A stretch of 64,000 nt of DNA from Laetmonice hystrix (taxonomy: Eukaryota). The notes beneath the pieces were generated by a model that saw only the letters and a program-made list of their open reading frames with translations, was not told the DNA's origin and searched no databases. Made by a program: the position numbers and the translations under genes. The stretch covers positions 55,926,001-55,990,000 of the forward strand of contig OZ249436.1 in NCBI GenBank assembly GCA_965235115.1, given 5' to 3'. Numbering within the stretch: the stretch's first letter is position 1; each line of letters starts with the position of its first letter. Below are positions 44,001 to 59,000 of the stretch, in pieces.

Positions 44001-47000
44001 TGTATTACAACTCTTACAAATATACTTTGTAGGGTGACTGTAAGTGATCTCACTGCAGTAATGAATCTAAAACCTCACTCCCCTGGACATTAAACCAATT
44101 TCAACAGGACCTTTCGGAAGGAAGTCTGTGACCCTAAGCTGAGGTTCTATCCCTTACCTAAGTGAGAAGGCTGAGAGTTGGAGGAGGGGATGTTGGTTGG
44201 GGAGGCAGTGCGTGCACTCAGAAGGTCAAATGCATCATCAATACTCGGGTTGGCGTTGGTGCCATTTGTAGCTGGTAATGCAGGCGACCCCCAGGGCGAT
44301 GACTGGCTGCTGGTGGCGGCATTTGCTGTCGGACCGTTCCACGGGTCGCTCTGTCCCACTGAAAGGGCATGGCAGTTGGTGGCTAACTTATACTTACAAA
44401 AAGACTTACTATCATATTATCGTAAACAATAATGGATCTGAATATGTCTTATATTAAAAATTACATAAGCCTTGAGGAACAAACAATTAACCTCTGGGTG
44501 GAATTATTACTGTGACATACGTTTTAGTCTTATTTTTATTATTATTTCCAACACTTAACCTTAAATACAGCTTCTCTATGTAATAAATCTAGGACAACAC
44601 TGTATTTTTATTATAACATTAGATTATAAAGATCTTACTCAACATTTTGGATCTTAAATTTTGTGTCTATTTGGATCAGAAGTAGGGAAGAAAGTAACTA
44701 TCTCACAAAATTTTATAGATGACATAATCTGTCGTTCTCCTTTAATTATAATGACCACAGATAAATACGTCTGGTACTAACATCATCCTATCAGCCCTCG
44801 GTGTGATTAAGAAAATAATCAGGACTATAGACTTGGCCAGTATGGCTTACCTGGCGTGGGTCCTGACTGTGGGGTGGTGGACTGCGGAGAGCCGCCTGAC
44901 CAGGGCTCAGCGTTGGCCGGGTGGGAGGGAGAACTCCAGGGATCGTTGGTTTGTTTGGGTGCCCATGGGTCAGAGGGTGCAGGCGGTGGGGCTGGCTGGA
45001 ATGGGGCTGCCCATGGGTCGGCCGAGCACGCTCCTCCTGCTGCTGCTCCGGCCGCAGCCATCTGCTGCTGGTTTCCGGCCATGTTCAGTAACGTCTGATC
45101 CGGTGGACCCTGTACGGGGCAGAAAACTAACAGTCAAGTTAATCAACGCCTACCATGATCAAGACTACCATCTTTATGGTATCATGAGGAAGTCACTACT
45201 TCTTTCAGGATGCCTGGAATCTCTTGGAAGAAAAAGGCTGGCCTGAATTTTTGTTTTGTGTCCTCTTGTCCTCAAGGCTGTTAGGGATCACAATCCTTAA
45301 AGCAATGACTTCATAAAATAAAGGACTGAAGACAAGAGCATAGGTTCTATCACTCACGGGTGATATTCGAAAAATACTCAATAAAGGAGCAGGTAGGGGA
45401 TATACCATGTTAGTTCACACCATAACACTGTTACACAAATAAATTCCAGTTCCCATGTTAAACTAGATAATAACAGATACTATAACCTTGAACAGATTAC
45501 GTGCAACTCGGGAGATATTTCAGACTTCTAAATCTCCAGAATTGTATTCAAGATAATGGCAGCCATTTCTAGAAACGTTTCCGCATGAAATTATCACACA
45601 GTAGAGAGAGTAAACAAGAGAAACGTTGGTCGTGTAGTACATGACACGTATGCAGATCGGTGAGGTTTGGTAGCACACAGAGAGAGGATTCTGTTGGCGG
45701 GGTAACACACATCAACCAAAGGGTGTAAGACCCCCCCCCCCAAAAAATACTGCGGCACACTGGGCATGAGAAAGGATGTACGTCACTCTCAATACTTATC
45801 AAATGTACCCGTATACATTTTGTACAAACTGTCCTTTTTTGGCTGTTCAGAAAACAATACTTTTTTAAACGTTGGCATCTGTATAAGTTTGTACATGTAT
45901 TTTTTCATAGACCTGGGAGCAGAGATATAGTACCTTATCCACACTCTACATTATCAACTGATTAATCATAATGTGAGAGTACGAGTTTACTGATGTGAAC
46001 AATGAAAATAACAATGAAGAAGGCAATTCATTAACATCGAACATCATGTCCCATACAATCATTTTCCTGTAAACACTGTCTATAGACTAGTCTACTCAGG
46101 TTCTAAATGAAAACGATTTTTTTTTGGGGGGGGGGTTGTAAATCAGCTTCAGATTAAGTGAGTGATGCAGACAGACACTGCACACAATGCTTCAACAGTA
46201 GTGCTACTGTGGCGAGGTGAAAAACAAAACAATACCTGCACAATTAGCAGCACTCACACTAAGCTCAAGAAATGTGCGCTCAACAGAATAACATCTCAAA
46301 ACCTCTGGGAAATAAAGCAGCTTCCATTTTCAAACTCAGCATCTTTCCACCGGCTATTTTGCAAAAAGCCACAGAGAGAGCATTAGGTGGTGACCACTGA
46401 AATTCAAAGACCAAAATCTGTCAGTGATGGCACACGTCAGTGCTAACGGTTGTCGGTACTAGCCCCTGTCAGTGACAGCACCAGGTGAGGCAGGGTTAAC
46501 AATGAACAGGTAAGAATGAAAACCATTGGTGGCAGACTACTACACCTAGCAGCCATTCTCTGACAGGGTTAGGTATGAGGGAGTACAGGCAGAGTAAGGG
46601 TGGCCACTTCAAACGGCGAGCACTGCATACTTACGCGCTGTCTAGATTTGGATTGTGTTGGCTGGGGGATGGCATACGGTTGAAGAGTCACCTGTGACGG
46701 TAAATAGAGTCAGACACACAGTTGGTCGTAGTGTCAATGACGGCTTTCTCCACTCGACCACTCATTCAACTCTCTCCTCTCTTTCCCTCTCACTCATTTA
46801 CTCACCCACAAACCTAACGAGAACCCGTAAAGCAGGAGAAAGGGTTGAGCTTGGATAAATCATCCAGTAACGATTTCATGGAGAGAGTGGCACAACACAA
46901 AAAGCCTTCAATATGGTAATATCCAAGTGTCACCCCTAGCAGTTCCCGTAGAATCAATCCGACACATTCTGGAACACTCGGGATGATATATGGGGATTGA

Positions 47001-50000
47001 GTCCTCTTGATTTTAACCTATCACTATTTTCTAATTAACCTGGCACCTTGAAGTAAGTTACGGACACAGTCATAACACATCATTGACTATTCCTGCAGTG
47101 AATGATTAAGCAATGACAACATTGAAAACCCTATGCTGATATATCTGAAAGTTATTTTCCACCAAAGACTTTGAAGCTTCTCTTAAAATATGCAATAGAA
47201 AATAAAAGGGGCCGGACATGCTAGGTCCAGGGTAAAAAGTATTAAGAATTCTGCAACATTAATTTTTTGTCCCTAATAGTCGCACTGCAAACGATGTCTC
47301 CTTATACAAGGTCCTCTCAAGTCAGTAAGCCAACCTGTCATCTTGAATGTTAATGTTCAATTCATCCTACAACTCAGACGAGTAGCCAGGCTGATACTGA
47401 TAGGCACACAGATTTACATTTACATGCTAGTAACAAATCCGGTGCGCTCATGAATTGGTTATTGCCATGCTAATTTTGTTTCCCCATTCCCCTAATGAGC
47501 AGTAATTATTACTGTATTACAATCTGACTTTTTAATTATATGAATTATTTATGTCATAACATATTACGAACATAACAAAAATGCTCTTGCTACAAGCCGA
47601 GTAAAATCTACTCAAAATCCAGATTTTAAAACAAAGAACCAATAAAAAAAAGAGTAATGTGAACTGGTTTGGATTGTAAGGTTTCATTCTAACTACCTGA
47701 AGTACCATCTCGCCACTACTACAGGTACAAGAGACATGGAGATCATAATCCCTATCTGGGGACTCAAGAACTACCCGGTAAGTATGAAATCAATTTCTTA
47801 GAATAATTCCTGATTTTCTAACTTTCAACACCACCTTCAAGTTTCTCTTTGGAAAAAAAGACAGAATTTTGTTAAATCGCATGCAAATGAGAAGGACGGT
47901 CTAATTCCATAATCAATTTCTCTTCTTTTTGGCCCATAACTCTTGTTTCAAATTATTTTTCCATTCACTAAAGCAACAACCGACCAGAGGGCAGAGTTTT
48001 ACACTCTGGTAGCAATCCTTTAGGCACTCTATTGCACTGTCCTCAACATAACTCCATATTATGTCTACATTCTCCAAATGATCTCACATGAATATTGACG
48101 ATTTCTTCCCATCTACGTGTACCATATCGCTGGCTCATTACCATAGACCTTCACTGTACTTGCATGTTGATAATTATACAGCTGGGTCAGACTGCCTGAG
48201 GATTTCCATTAGATAGTAAACTGACCGGTCACTTGTACGTTCACAATCAGTGCCAGGCCCAGCCTACACTGTCCCATGTCACACAGGTGGACTGAACATT
48301 CCCAGAGCAAGTAATTCTTTACATCAGCTCAGCTAGCCGTATACACTAGAGTTTTAACGACATGAGTACTACTGACATAGCGCTGGGCCTCAGGCTGCCT
48401 TTTGCTCATTTCCTACAAGTGCTACAATACAGATATTATGTTCATCATCATCATGCCGTGACTTATACTTGGACTTAGTTTTTTTTAGCACCTACATATT
48501 TTCTTTCATGTGCCAGATCTAAGAGGATCCGTTCTGACTAGTATCAGTGAGATTGCAATGACCAGAAACGAGCCAGCCTGTTGTCTCACATTAACAGTGG
48601 TCGCCAATCTGTACCATCTGGCCAAAGTCAAGATAATTACGTTGTTCTCTGCCATCAAACAAAGGAATGTACATCAGATGGTAAGAAGCGATTCAAAATT
48701 GAAGATCAAAAAGAATAAACGCCTCATAGCTGCTATGAATGTCAAAAAAACGATAAAAAGGGCTGGGCAAACTATAGAGCACCATTCCGGTAAGCCATGA
48801 TGAGGACCACTTGGTACAACATCCTTACTTGTGGCGTTGATGTTAATTCTGAATTTGCCTGTTGCGGTTGTCGTCGCAACTGAAAACAACACATGAGAAC
48901 GTTAGTATGGCAGATACTGCGTTCTTCTCTGACCATCAGTCTTACCTCTGCTTCTTCGCCTCCTTTACTTGTAAACCTAATATACGGGTACATGAATCTA
49001 AAATTCAAAGTCAGCAAAACCTACCAAAAAGGTTGGAAGTTTTCACCTTTCACAAACTAAGGTACATGGAATGCACATGCTCACTTTGGGTACTTACGTT
49101 CCAAAATCTAGTATTTAATCATTTGTCGGCGCTTAGCTGTGTGCTGTGTGCGGTTCACTCCCACTATTTCAGAATTTACTGCTACTACTAGTCTGGGTCC
49201 TTGCCAGGGTGTCTATGCCTACCACTGATCATCTCCTTGATTGAAACCCCCTTGAGGCAGTTTCCAGTTTCTAAGCCCACCGCTGGGTTTACTATTTAAT
49301 TTAAGAAAATCTCAATTAATCTGTTGATTTGCTGCCCTCATTTATTCTTCTCTCTTCTTTCATAATGAAATCCTGATATGCCCCATCTTTTCCAAACTGC
49401 AAATATAACTGAATCCATTCCATGGTCAGTGCCATTAACCTGTACCACAGGAGTCCTCCAACTGATCATACTGGAGAAGTACAACATAAAACAATATGAC
49501 AGAACTAGTGTGTGAATGAAGGACACTCACCTCTTCTGAATCCTTTCTGCTCTCCTCGATGGCCAGCTGTAACTTGACGTCATCACCGCGCCTCCTTCGC
49601 TCCTCCTCCTCGTGCTCCTCCTTGCTCATGGCGAGGGCCAGCTGGAGCTGGAGTTCCTCTTCTCCGGCTGTTGATGGACGCGCTGCCTCCAGCTCTGCAA
49701 ACATTCATCACAACTGTGACTCAAAAAAAAACTTTTAAAAAAGTGGCCAGCTGCAAGTGCCAGGTTTATATTTGATATCTTCATAACAGGGGGAGATACC
49801 TTTGGAATGCTAGAAGCTAACAGCTCAACAAGTTTACTCTCATCGTGTTCCATTGTATCATCACCATCATCAAACTGTTCACTTTATATCTTCTTAATGG
49901 CTGCCTTCTTTGGTCTCTTATCAATAGTAATGTTTATAACCCTTGTATCCATCCTGAATAATACAACTAATACAATGTACTGTCATAGAGATGCTCGCGA

Positions 50001-53000
50001 GACAGGCTTAATTTATTCTCACACATAATCTCAACATCTCTCAATGAAATACTGAAAATCGTAGGACAAGCTACATGCACCCTCCCTCACAAGCACTGAA
50101 TAAATAATACATTCCTTGTAACAGGCAGGACTTCTTCAATTTATTTGTTTGACTAAACAGCAATAAGAAACATCAACATTGGTTTCTGCTGTTGAGGAGA
50201 TTTTGTCGGTCGCGGAAACTCACCTGCTTGAGTCTGGGGTGGCAGAGACCCAGCCACGGACCCATACTCGACACGGGCTGTGGCATTCGACGTCGGACTC
50301 GTCGCTCCCTGTAGTAATACAAACAGAAGTTGGTCAAAGCTCGGCTCATCTGTCAACCAGCATAAAAAATAGTGGATAAATCTGCAACAACCACTTTTTT
50401 ATACAAATAAATGACCATAATCCATATACCGTTAATATTAACTAGCCAAGTACAGAATGCTAACAAGTAACGGTAAAATACTAAAATCAAAGAGAAAGAA
50501 TACATCCATCACTGGCAGAGTTGTATTATTAAAAGGCCAGCTATCCACATCTGGCTCAAAGTATGACTGATGTAAAAATGTATGCCCAGAGCAGCTTTTA
50601 CCACAAACTTACTGTCAAGGTTAGCAACAAAACCTCTTCTCCCCCAAATATGGCTTTCAATCAAAGGCAATAGACCTAGAGCCTAGATCCCAGCCCCCCC
50701 CCCCCCCCCCCTCCATTTTGTCCTCTGGGACAATAATATGATATAAATAGTGAGAAATCCTTTTAATGGTCATATATAAAAATATACTATATAGACCCGG
50801 AGAGAAATCTTTTTAATGTTGTGAAGCATTTTCACCCTGCAACTCCAGGGCATGGCAAAGGTCAACCGAGGATAGGTTGTGGTCTCTGACAACAAACTAT
50901 TCTAAAAATAACGTTCCATATTTGGGTCTTTCAACCGACTTCAATAATCCCCCCACCCCCCTAATCCCCTACTTGATGAGACCAGTAGACCGGTGGCAGC
51001 CGACACCCCGGACGGGTCAGGCAGTTGTCCTGCTCCTCCCAAGCTGGGAAGCTAATCCTTATAACCATGTCGACAAGAACGGGCCAATATGTACCGGCTC
51101 ACGTCTCTCGGCATAAAGAGCTAATCTTGCAGACCCTGAGGTTCTGGGTCGATGGTAACCCTGAATCAGCCGGTACATTCTGAGTCAGACTGGCTGGATC
51201 AGAGCAGCTCACAATAATGAGATGCAATGACTCTACCAGCAAAACACACGGATACTGGCTGGTTTAATACAATATTACCCGCCAATGCTCTCTCCACCAC
51301 ATGGCACGTGTTATTACAAGTGGGGATACCAAAGTTCTGTTATTCTTACATGCAAATAATCGGTCGGTACATTCATTTGTTCAATTTGCTACTGTATTAG
51401 TTTTGCAGAAAATCTCATCTACCAAAACATGATCATACAGCCACGGTGTGCTCTACCGATATTGCATCTCCTGGCAACTGTTTCATGTCAATGAGTATAT
51501 ATAATTTTCATCGTCTTGCTTTACTGTTAATATATCAAAGAACATCTATTTTTATTTGAAAATCCACGTAGATTGAGGTTGACCCACCAGGAAGGCATTA
51601 TACTGTCTCACATTTTTTTTTAATATCATAACTTTGTACCAGTAGGGACTCAGAGATAAGTCCGGTCTTCTGTCTCTTTTGATCTAGGCTCAAATTTGAG
51701 TTCCTTACAATCGTTTTTACAGTATAGCATAACACTGTGTGATACAACAGACGTTTCTAACTACCTTCATCCCCGACAACCTAACCATACCCCACCACAT
51801 TAATCGTGGTGACTAACCCACACACGGGAACCAGGTTTTACATTAATAATCATCTGTGTTCAGCTCTATCCACTGACCTTTTCCTCATCCACGACACTAC
51901 TTGTGTCCACACACAGACCTGTGACATATACAGACGTAAAGTGACATCTCCTTGCCAGGTGGATTAGTACACCAGGTGGCGGGTCAGTTGGTTACCTGAC
52001 CCTGCCATTACCGGTATTATAGCCGAAAACGTTTCCAAACGTCCTATTAATACGTTAATCCAACAAATCATGTACAGACACGGTCTGACCGATGTTCTGG
52101 ATTACTAAACTCTGGTGTAAGGATTAGCCTGCTGCCTTAGTTCAGGCGACATGGCATGTTCAGACTGATACAAGCCCAGACTGATACAAGCTCAGACTGA
52201 TACAAGCTCAGACTGATACAAGCTCAGACTGTGATACAAGCTCAGACTGATACAAGCTCAGACTGATACAAGCCCAGACTGATACAAGCTCAGACTGATA
52301 TACAAGCTCAGACTGTGATACAAGCTCAGACTGATACAAGCTCAGACTGATACAAGCCCAGACTGATACAAGCTCAGACTGTGATACAAGCTCAGACTGA
52401 TGTAAGCTAACTACTCATCTTTCCTCTGTCTCCCATTCACCTGAATGTCACCTGGGTCTTAACACACCGTAAGGGAGCTACATGTATCTTTATAATCTAC
52501 CCCCTGCAACTAGAGGGTCTATTACAACATGTACTATGACCAGAGAGCCAACCATGAGGACCTGTTAATGACAACAGGCTTTCACTGCATGTACTGTTGA
52601 TAACTAGTCTTTCTATCTGAGGGTAGTAAATTCGTGATCTAATAACCCTAATAAAGGGCTACACATAGGGCCACCTATATCATCAGACTGTATCTATTAG
52701 TATATTAGTATCGGCTGGCTGTACATTATGTGGCACAGCTGTACCACCTGGTTGTACATCATCTATTCATCAAATAGTGTAACAAATTAATCTCATTCAG
52801 CTGCTAACTGTAGTGAACTAGCCTTGCCTGAGCATTTACTTTATTTAGGTATACTCTGAAATTTGTAATTACTGATCTATCTAATACCAATACCCTGACA
52901 TTAAAAAAGTGCACCTCTTACTCCATACATACTCCCCCCCCCCCCCCCTCCCTTTATACCTAAACCTTCAGTTTCATCATAACAAACCATATACCCGGTA

Positions 53001-56000
53001 TAGCCCTGTGACTGGGTAATTCCTTACTGCATACTATAAATTTGGTGTTCCTGGAACCCAACTTGTAGCTCAAAATATCTTCCCTGCATCCTGTTCATTT
53101 GTCTGAACAGGATGTTACAAGACATGTTACTTAAATGTGAAGCAGACCCTCACACAAGATTAGCAGGGCTTTTTATTTGTTCCAATTTATTCACCAATTT
53201 ATTCACAGAGGTGAATCTGTCAGCAGGCCTGACCGGTTCTGAGGCTGTCATTATAACCGGCCACAGACTGTTAAATGCGAATTTCACGCGCTCCAAATTG
53301 ATCTATGGGGATCTTGGAAGACTTCAGTAAAAACGTGAAATGATAAAATGACAGTGTTAACTTCACATGTCTGATCAGATATAATTAAATTCTACATTTT
53401 ACTTTTGATTAGGGCCGCTGGCCATTACATTTTCTCCCATATATTTTAATGCAAAAAAGAACACGCAACAAAATACAACAAAGTACCCATCATCCGTGCA
53501 GGTCTCACAATCACATGATATTGCCTTTTGGCAACTATTAAGTTGTATATCATGCACATGATCTAGGAATCCGATTCCGATCTGACTGCTGGACACATTT
53601 ATTAATGATACCGTAAACTAGAGACACATACCAGGAACATTGTCAGAGGTCGAGACATTTCTTACTGGAGAAATAAAAAAGAAGATGTACTGGAACCTCC
53701 ACCATGCAACACATCACTGACATTCTATGTTCCAAGTTTCATGACCAATACACTCGATAAAGAATCACATATAAGATTGGGGAAACCGTCAAAAAAAGAA
53801 CTAAAACAAAGAATCATTTGTTTCACATTCCTGGTTAACGGAAGTATGTGTTTCCACTGCGCAGTCCCTCATAGGGAAGATAAGTACACTGGTCCCAATA
53901 TTTTGGATGTGAACATATAATTTAGCCTACGGTTTGCTACCCTGGAATAGAAAAACTATATTACAAACTACCAATAACAATGGTCACCTAAGCAAAGGGC
54001 CTACTGCAACCAAAGAAATCACTGACCGTCCACTAGAGTAACGAGGGTATTATGAACCTACCACAAGTGAAACGCCAGTGGGGGACATCACTTCGGGGGT
54101 GGTTTCCTATAGTAAAGGTAAGGAAAAAAAGAACAGCATTTATATATATATCGCTGGATCAATGTCTGATCACCTTCCTCCAGCCAGACGGACCAATCCA
54201 GTGTCACGGGAGAGACAAGTGTTAGGTACACATTTTTATTTATAAAACAGCCCTGGCCCTCAATTTGTACAACACGTATAAATAGTATAATCATCAACGG
54301 AAGGACTATAGTCTGCTATAGAGATATACCTGGTACACACAACAGAAGTCATATGTCCATCCACACATTACATGTTGTATCAGGATTCAGCCACACAAAC
54401 ACACTTACCATGTTATGTACATATAGTCGAAAAAATGGAACTCTCAAAGGTGAGAGAAATATTCTTGCTATAACGTCTATGTATTCTATTCAATGGTAAT
54501 ATTGATGACCATTGCTTGGGGCAATGTTACGGAGTGATGAATCAAGATGCACCTGTTCTGAATTGAAGGCCGATAGGTTGTGCTGTAAATGTTCTCTGTT
54601 TTAGTTTAATCGTCGGACTGGGTGGCAGTGGCAGGTAACGAAGTAACATTTGTTTAAAACAATGAAACTGATTTGCCCACCAACAATATAAAAGAGGGCA
54701 TCGAATTATGATATTTCTTCATTTCCTTGATAGCTTTTCAAACTGCCTTCCCTTCTACGCATGGAATCTCGAATTTATTTTCTTGAATACTGGATATGAC
54801 CAAAAAGGAATCTGTGAAATGACTAAATATATATGAAAAACTGGCTGAATATTAATTAACATGAAAAACGTTCATCCAGACTGACTTCAAGGGTGACACC
54901 ATAAATCTCTCAAAAAACAATTAGTGGCATTCTTTGGCTTCAAGTTCATGGACTACATTTTAATCTCTTCACACTAAGAAGCACGGGCTTTAGCATGCTT
55001 TGTTGACCAGAGCAAGTGCATACCTGAAAAGAAGTTACCTCATACACTTCATTTAGCCATTATCATATCACACTAACTGTTATCTTAAGGCTTAACCTAG
55101 CATTCGCCTACTTATGGATATGACATCCTAGCTGAGCGCATGACTTTGATTGATGATGCCCATAGAGCCAAGGCCTTCTCATGGTCCTGTTATGTCTATG
55201 TTAGGGGTGTTAACCTTGAGACAGCCAAAATGGCTGATCAAGCAAGCTCCTGTCTATGTTTCTGTCAATTTGCCTTCTGGCCTTGCAATATACAGCTAGA
55301 GCATGGCGTGAAGCCTTGGCCTGTTTGCCATGCAGCAAGGCTGTATCATGTGCTGAGCTGACTCACCTACGGCCGTACTACTACCAGTACCACCAGAGAA
55401 TCAATAGCACAACCTCTATGATGCCAACATCAACTGATCTGGAACCGACCCGAGCCTCTGATGCTGACAAATCAAATGGCTCAATCTGAAACCTTCAAAA
55501 GGAAGCTGACATACCTCCGGCTCGTCAAGCATTTCATACTTGAGAACCTTCCTGTCTTTGTGGCCTTTAGTTTTGTTGCGGACAGCTTGACGCAGTTTGC
55601 CTGCCATGATGGTCAGGAGGTGGAGACTGTATGCGTGACAGTTCCAATACAACGGCCGCCCGCCCACTGACCACTCCTCAGTAAAACAACTGCCGTCTGT
55701 CGGTTGGCGTGGGAGGGGGTTCTCATCTATACCTCATGACACACTCGCTGTCTGATTGGGACAGTCAACATGAAAGTCGTTAGGTTAAAAAGGTGTTAAT
55801 TAGGCTTTTGTCCGCCACCCATAAACATGTAGCTGTCTCACTCTCAGCCATTGGATGTAGGCCCCTCCCACGGTCCCATACTGATGGTGTGGGACACAGG
55901 TTGTACACTCCAGCCAGTGGATGCAGGCCCCTCCCACAGTCCCATACTGATGGTGTGGGACACAGGTTGTACACTCCAGCCAGTGGATGCAGGCCCCTCC

Positions 56001-59000
56001 CACAGTCCCATACTGATGGTGTGGGACACAGGTTGTACACTCCAACCAGTGGATGCAGGCCCCTCCCACGGTCCTGTACTGATGGTGTGGGACACAGGTT
56101 GTACGTGTACTCCAACCAGTGGATGCAGGCCCCTCCCACGGTCCCATACTGATGGTGTGGGACACAGGTTGTACACTCCAGCCAGTGGATGCAGGCCCCT
56201 CCCACAGTCCCATACTGATGGTGTGGGACACAGGTTGTACACTCCAACCAGTGGATGCAGGCCAATCCCACAGTCCCATACTGATGGTGTGGGACACAGG
56301 TTGTACACTCCAGCCAGTGGATGCAGGCCCCTCCCACAGTCCCACACTGATGGTGTGGGACACAGGTTGTACACTCCAGCCAGTGGATGCAGGCCCCTCC
56401 CACGGTCCCACACTGATGGTGTGGGACACAGGTTGTACACTCCAACCAGTGGATGCAGGCCCCTCCCACGGTCCCATACTGATGGTGTGGGACACAGGTT
56501 GTACACTCCAGCCAGTGGATGCAGGCCCCTCCCACAGTCCCATACTGATGGTGTGGGACACAGGTTGTACGTGTACTCCAACCAGTGGATGCAGGCCCCT
56601 CCCACGGTCCCACACTGATGGTGTGGGACACAGGTTGTACACTCCAACCAGTGGATGCAGGCCCCTCCCACGGTCCTGTACTGATGGTGTGGGACACAGG
56701 TTGTACACTCCAGCCAGTGAATGCAGGCCCCTCCCACGGTCCTGTACTGATGGTGTGGGACACAGGTTGTACACTCCAACCAGTGGATGCAGGCCCCTCC
56801 CACGGTCCCATACTGATGGTGTGGGACACAGGTTGTACACTCTGGGACAACCAGTGGATGCAGGCCCCTCCCACGGTCCCATACTGATGGTGTGGGACAC
56901 AGGTTGTACACTCCAGCCAGTGGATGCAGGCCCCTCCCACAGTCCCATACTGATGGTGTGGGACACAGGTTGTACACTCCAACCAGTGGATGCAGGCCCC
57001 TCCCACAGTCCCATACTGATGGTGTGGGACACAGGTTGTACACTCCAGCCAGTGGATGCAGGCCCCTCCCACAGTCCCATACTGATGGTGTGGGACACAG
57101 GTTGTACACTCCAACCAGTGGATGCAGGCCCCTCCCACGGTCCCATACTGATGGTGTGGGACACAGGTTGTACACTCCAGCCAGTGGATGCAGGCCCCTC
57201 CCACAGTCCCATACTGATGGTGTGGGACACAGGTTGTACACTCCAACCAGTGGATGCAGGCCCCTCCCACGGTCCCATACTGATGGTGTGGGACACAGGT
57301 TGTACACTCTAGCCATTGGATGCAGGCCCTCCCACGGTCCCATACTGATGGTGTGGGACACAGGTTGTACACTCCAACCAGTGGATGCAGGCCCCTCCCA
57401 CAGTCCCATACTGATGGTGTGGGACACAGGTTGTACACTCCAGCCAGTGGATGCAGGCCAATCCCACAGTCCCATACTGATGGTGTGGGACACAGGTTGT
57501 ACACTCCAACCAGTGGATGCAGGCCCCTCCCACAGTCCCATACTGATATTGTGGGACACAGGTTGTACACTCCAACCAGTGGATGCAGGCCCCTCCCACG
57601 GTCCCATACTGATGGTGTGGGACACAGGTTGTACACTCCAGCCAGTGGATGCAGGCCCCTCCCACAGTCCCACACTGATGGTGTGGGACACAGGTTGTAC
57701 ACTCCAGCCAGTGGATGCAGGCCCCTCCCACGGTCCCATACTGATGGTGTGGGACACAGGTTGTACACTCCAGCCAGTGGATGCAAGCCCCTCCCACGGC
57801 CCCGTACTGATGGTGACAGCCAGTGGATGTAGGCCCCTCCCACAGCACCTAATTTTCATTCTGCCTTAAAATGCTTTTAAATCATACACCCTGGTGGCTT
57901 GTGGAAAATTCTGACCAAAACTATGTACAGCTATTTTTGTAAAGTTACTGGCCTGTAACGTGAATCAAAATATATCAAGGACTCCATCTTGGGAGGGGTA
58001 CTGAAGCCAGTTGAAACAAGTGCAGTGATTCTGAACTCTAGATTCAAGCTGTGATTATTATTTATTTTAAAATATGATGTAGGTGCTACCTAGAGGGCGA
58101 GTGCAGCACTGGGAGTTAGGCCTACATTATACAATGACAGGTCAAGGCTTAGAAACACAGAACGTCTGATATAGGGGCGTTCATGTATACCAACAAATGA
58201 CGTCACATTCACGGGTGCGCGGCCGACTGGTTGGCAGAAGCACGCTTGCCGGTTCAACGGACAATAACAAAGGGAGAGAAACGTTCAGCAATCGTGAATG
58301 AAAACTGGTCAAAGTACGTAACTGCTTTATACCCAATTGCGAGGGAACGCTATGGGAAGAAGCTGAAATATAATGCTGGCTCTTGGATTATGTTACCGGA
58401 CCCGTATTTTGTTCACGACGGTTGGCAGAATGACCCAAGTCTTTGGCCCGATATGTCACCTTCGCCGACATCTTTAAATGCCAGGAATGTTCGGTCAGGA
58501 GACAAGGAAGGCCTATAATGTTGGCCTAAATCACTAGACGCCTACATGTTGTAATGTTAATTGCCTTGTTTATTAAATCACACTCAGTGGAATTTAGTGA
58601 CTGAATGAAGGGATGCATATGACGATGCATGCATATTATGTTCCCCCACACCCGGCGAGAAAGCCACGACCCGGGTGTCGGCGGGCCTTCTCTTCGCGGT
58701 GCTGCGGCGGGCCCCTGCCGGGTGGGCCGCAGGGTGGGGGCCCGGTGTCGGGGTCAACATCACGCCTCTGTGCGTGTGCCTGCCTGGGTATGGCTGCCTG
58801 CGTGGGTCAGTGCACCGTCGCGGTCGGCACTGCAACTTCACGGCCTCCGTGCATGCTTTTATATTGCTAGATCTATAATTTACCATAACTATATATAGAC
58901 TACTAATGGTAATATTTAACTAATTAAAGTACTCAGGCATATCTGATATAAAATGTCTTCCGCAAACGGATTTCGGTTGGCAGTGCTTGCGCTTGATTGC

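Noticed and set aside
47464..47474. GCCATGCTAAT, complementary to U6 (like the SNORD8/9 guide element)
   Set aside because: It is antisense to the host gene and has no flanking C/D boxes or terminal stem, so it is likely chance.
48388..48455. ATGATGA...CTGA pair on the epsin strand
   Set aside because: Box C is part of an ATG microsatellite, the terminal stem is poor, and there is only about 8 nt of complementarity to U2.
50880..51180. GC-richer intronic block, possibly a retroelement end or ribozyme
   Set aside because: I could not fit it to any fold or repeat family by eye.
55780..57869. Long Cys/His-rich ORFs (up to 687 aa) on both strands; CRISPR-like appearance
   Set aside because: This is a 66-bp tandem repeat with frameshifting variants and no unique spacers. 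The CTGATG in the unit lacks the CTGANGA...GAAA hammerhead core.
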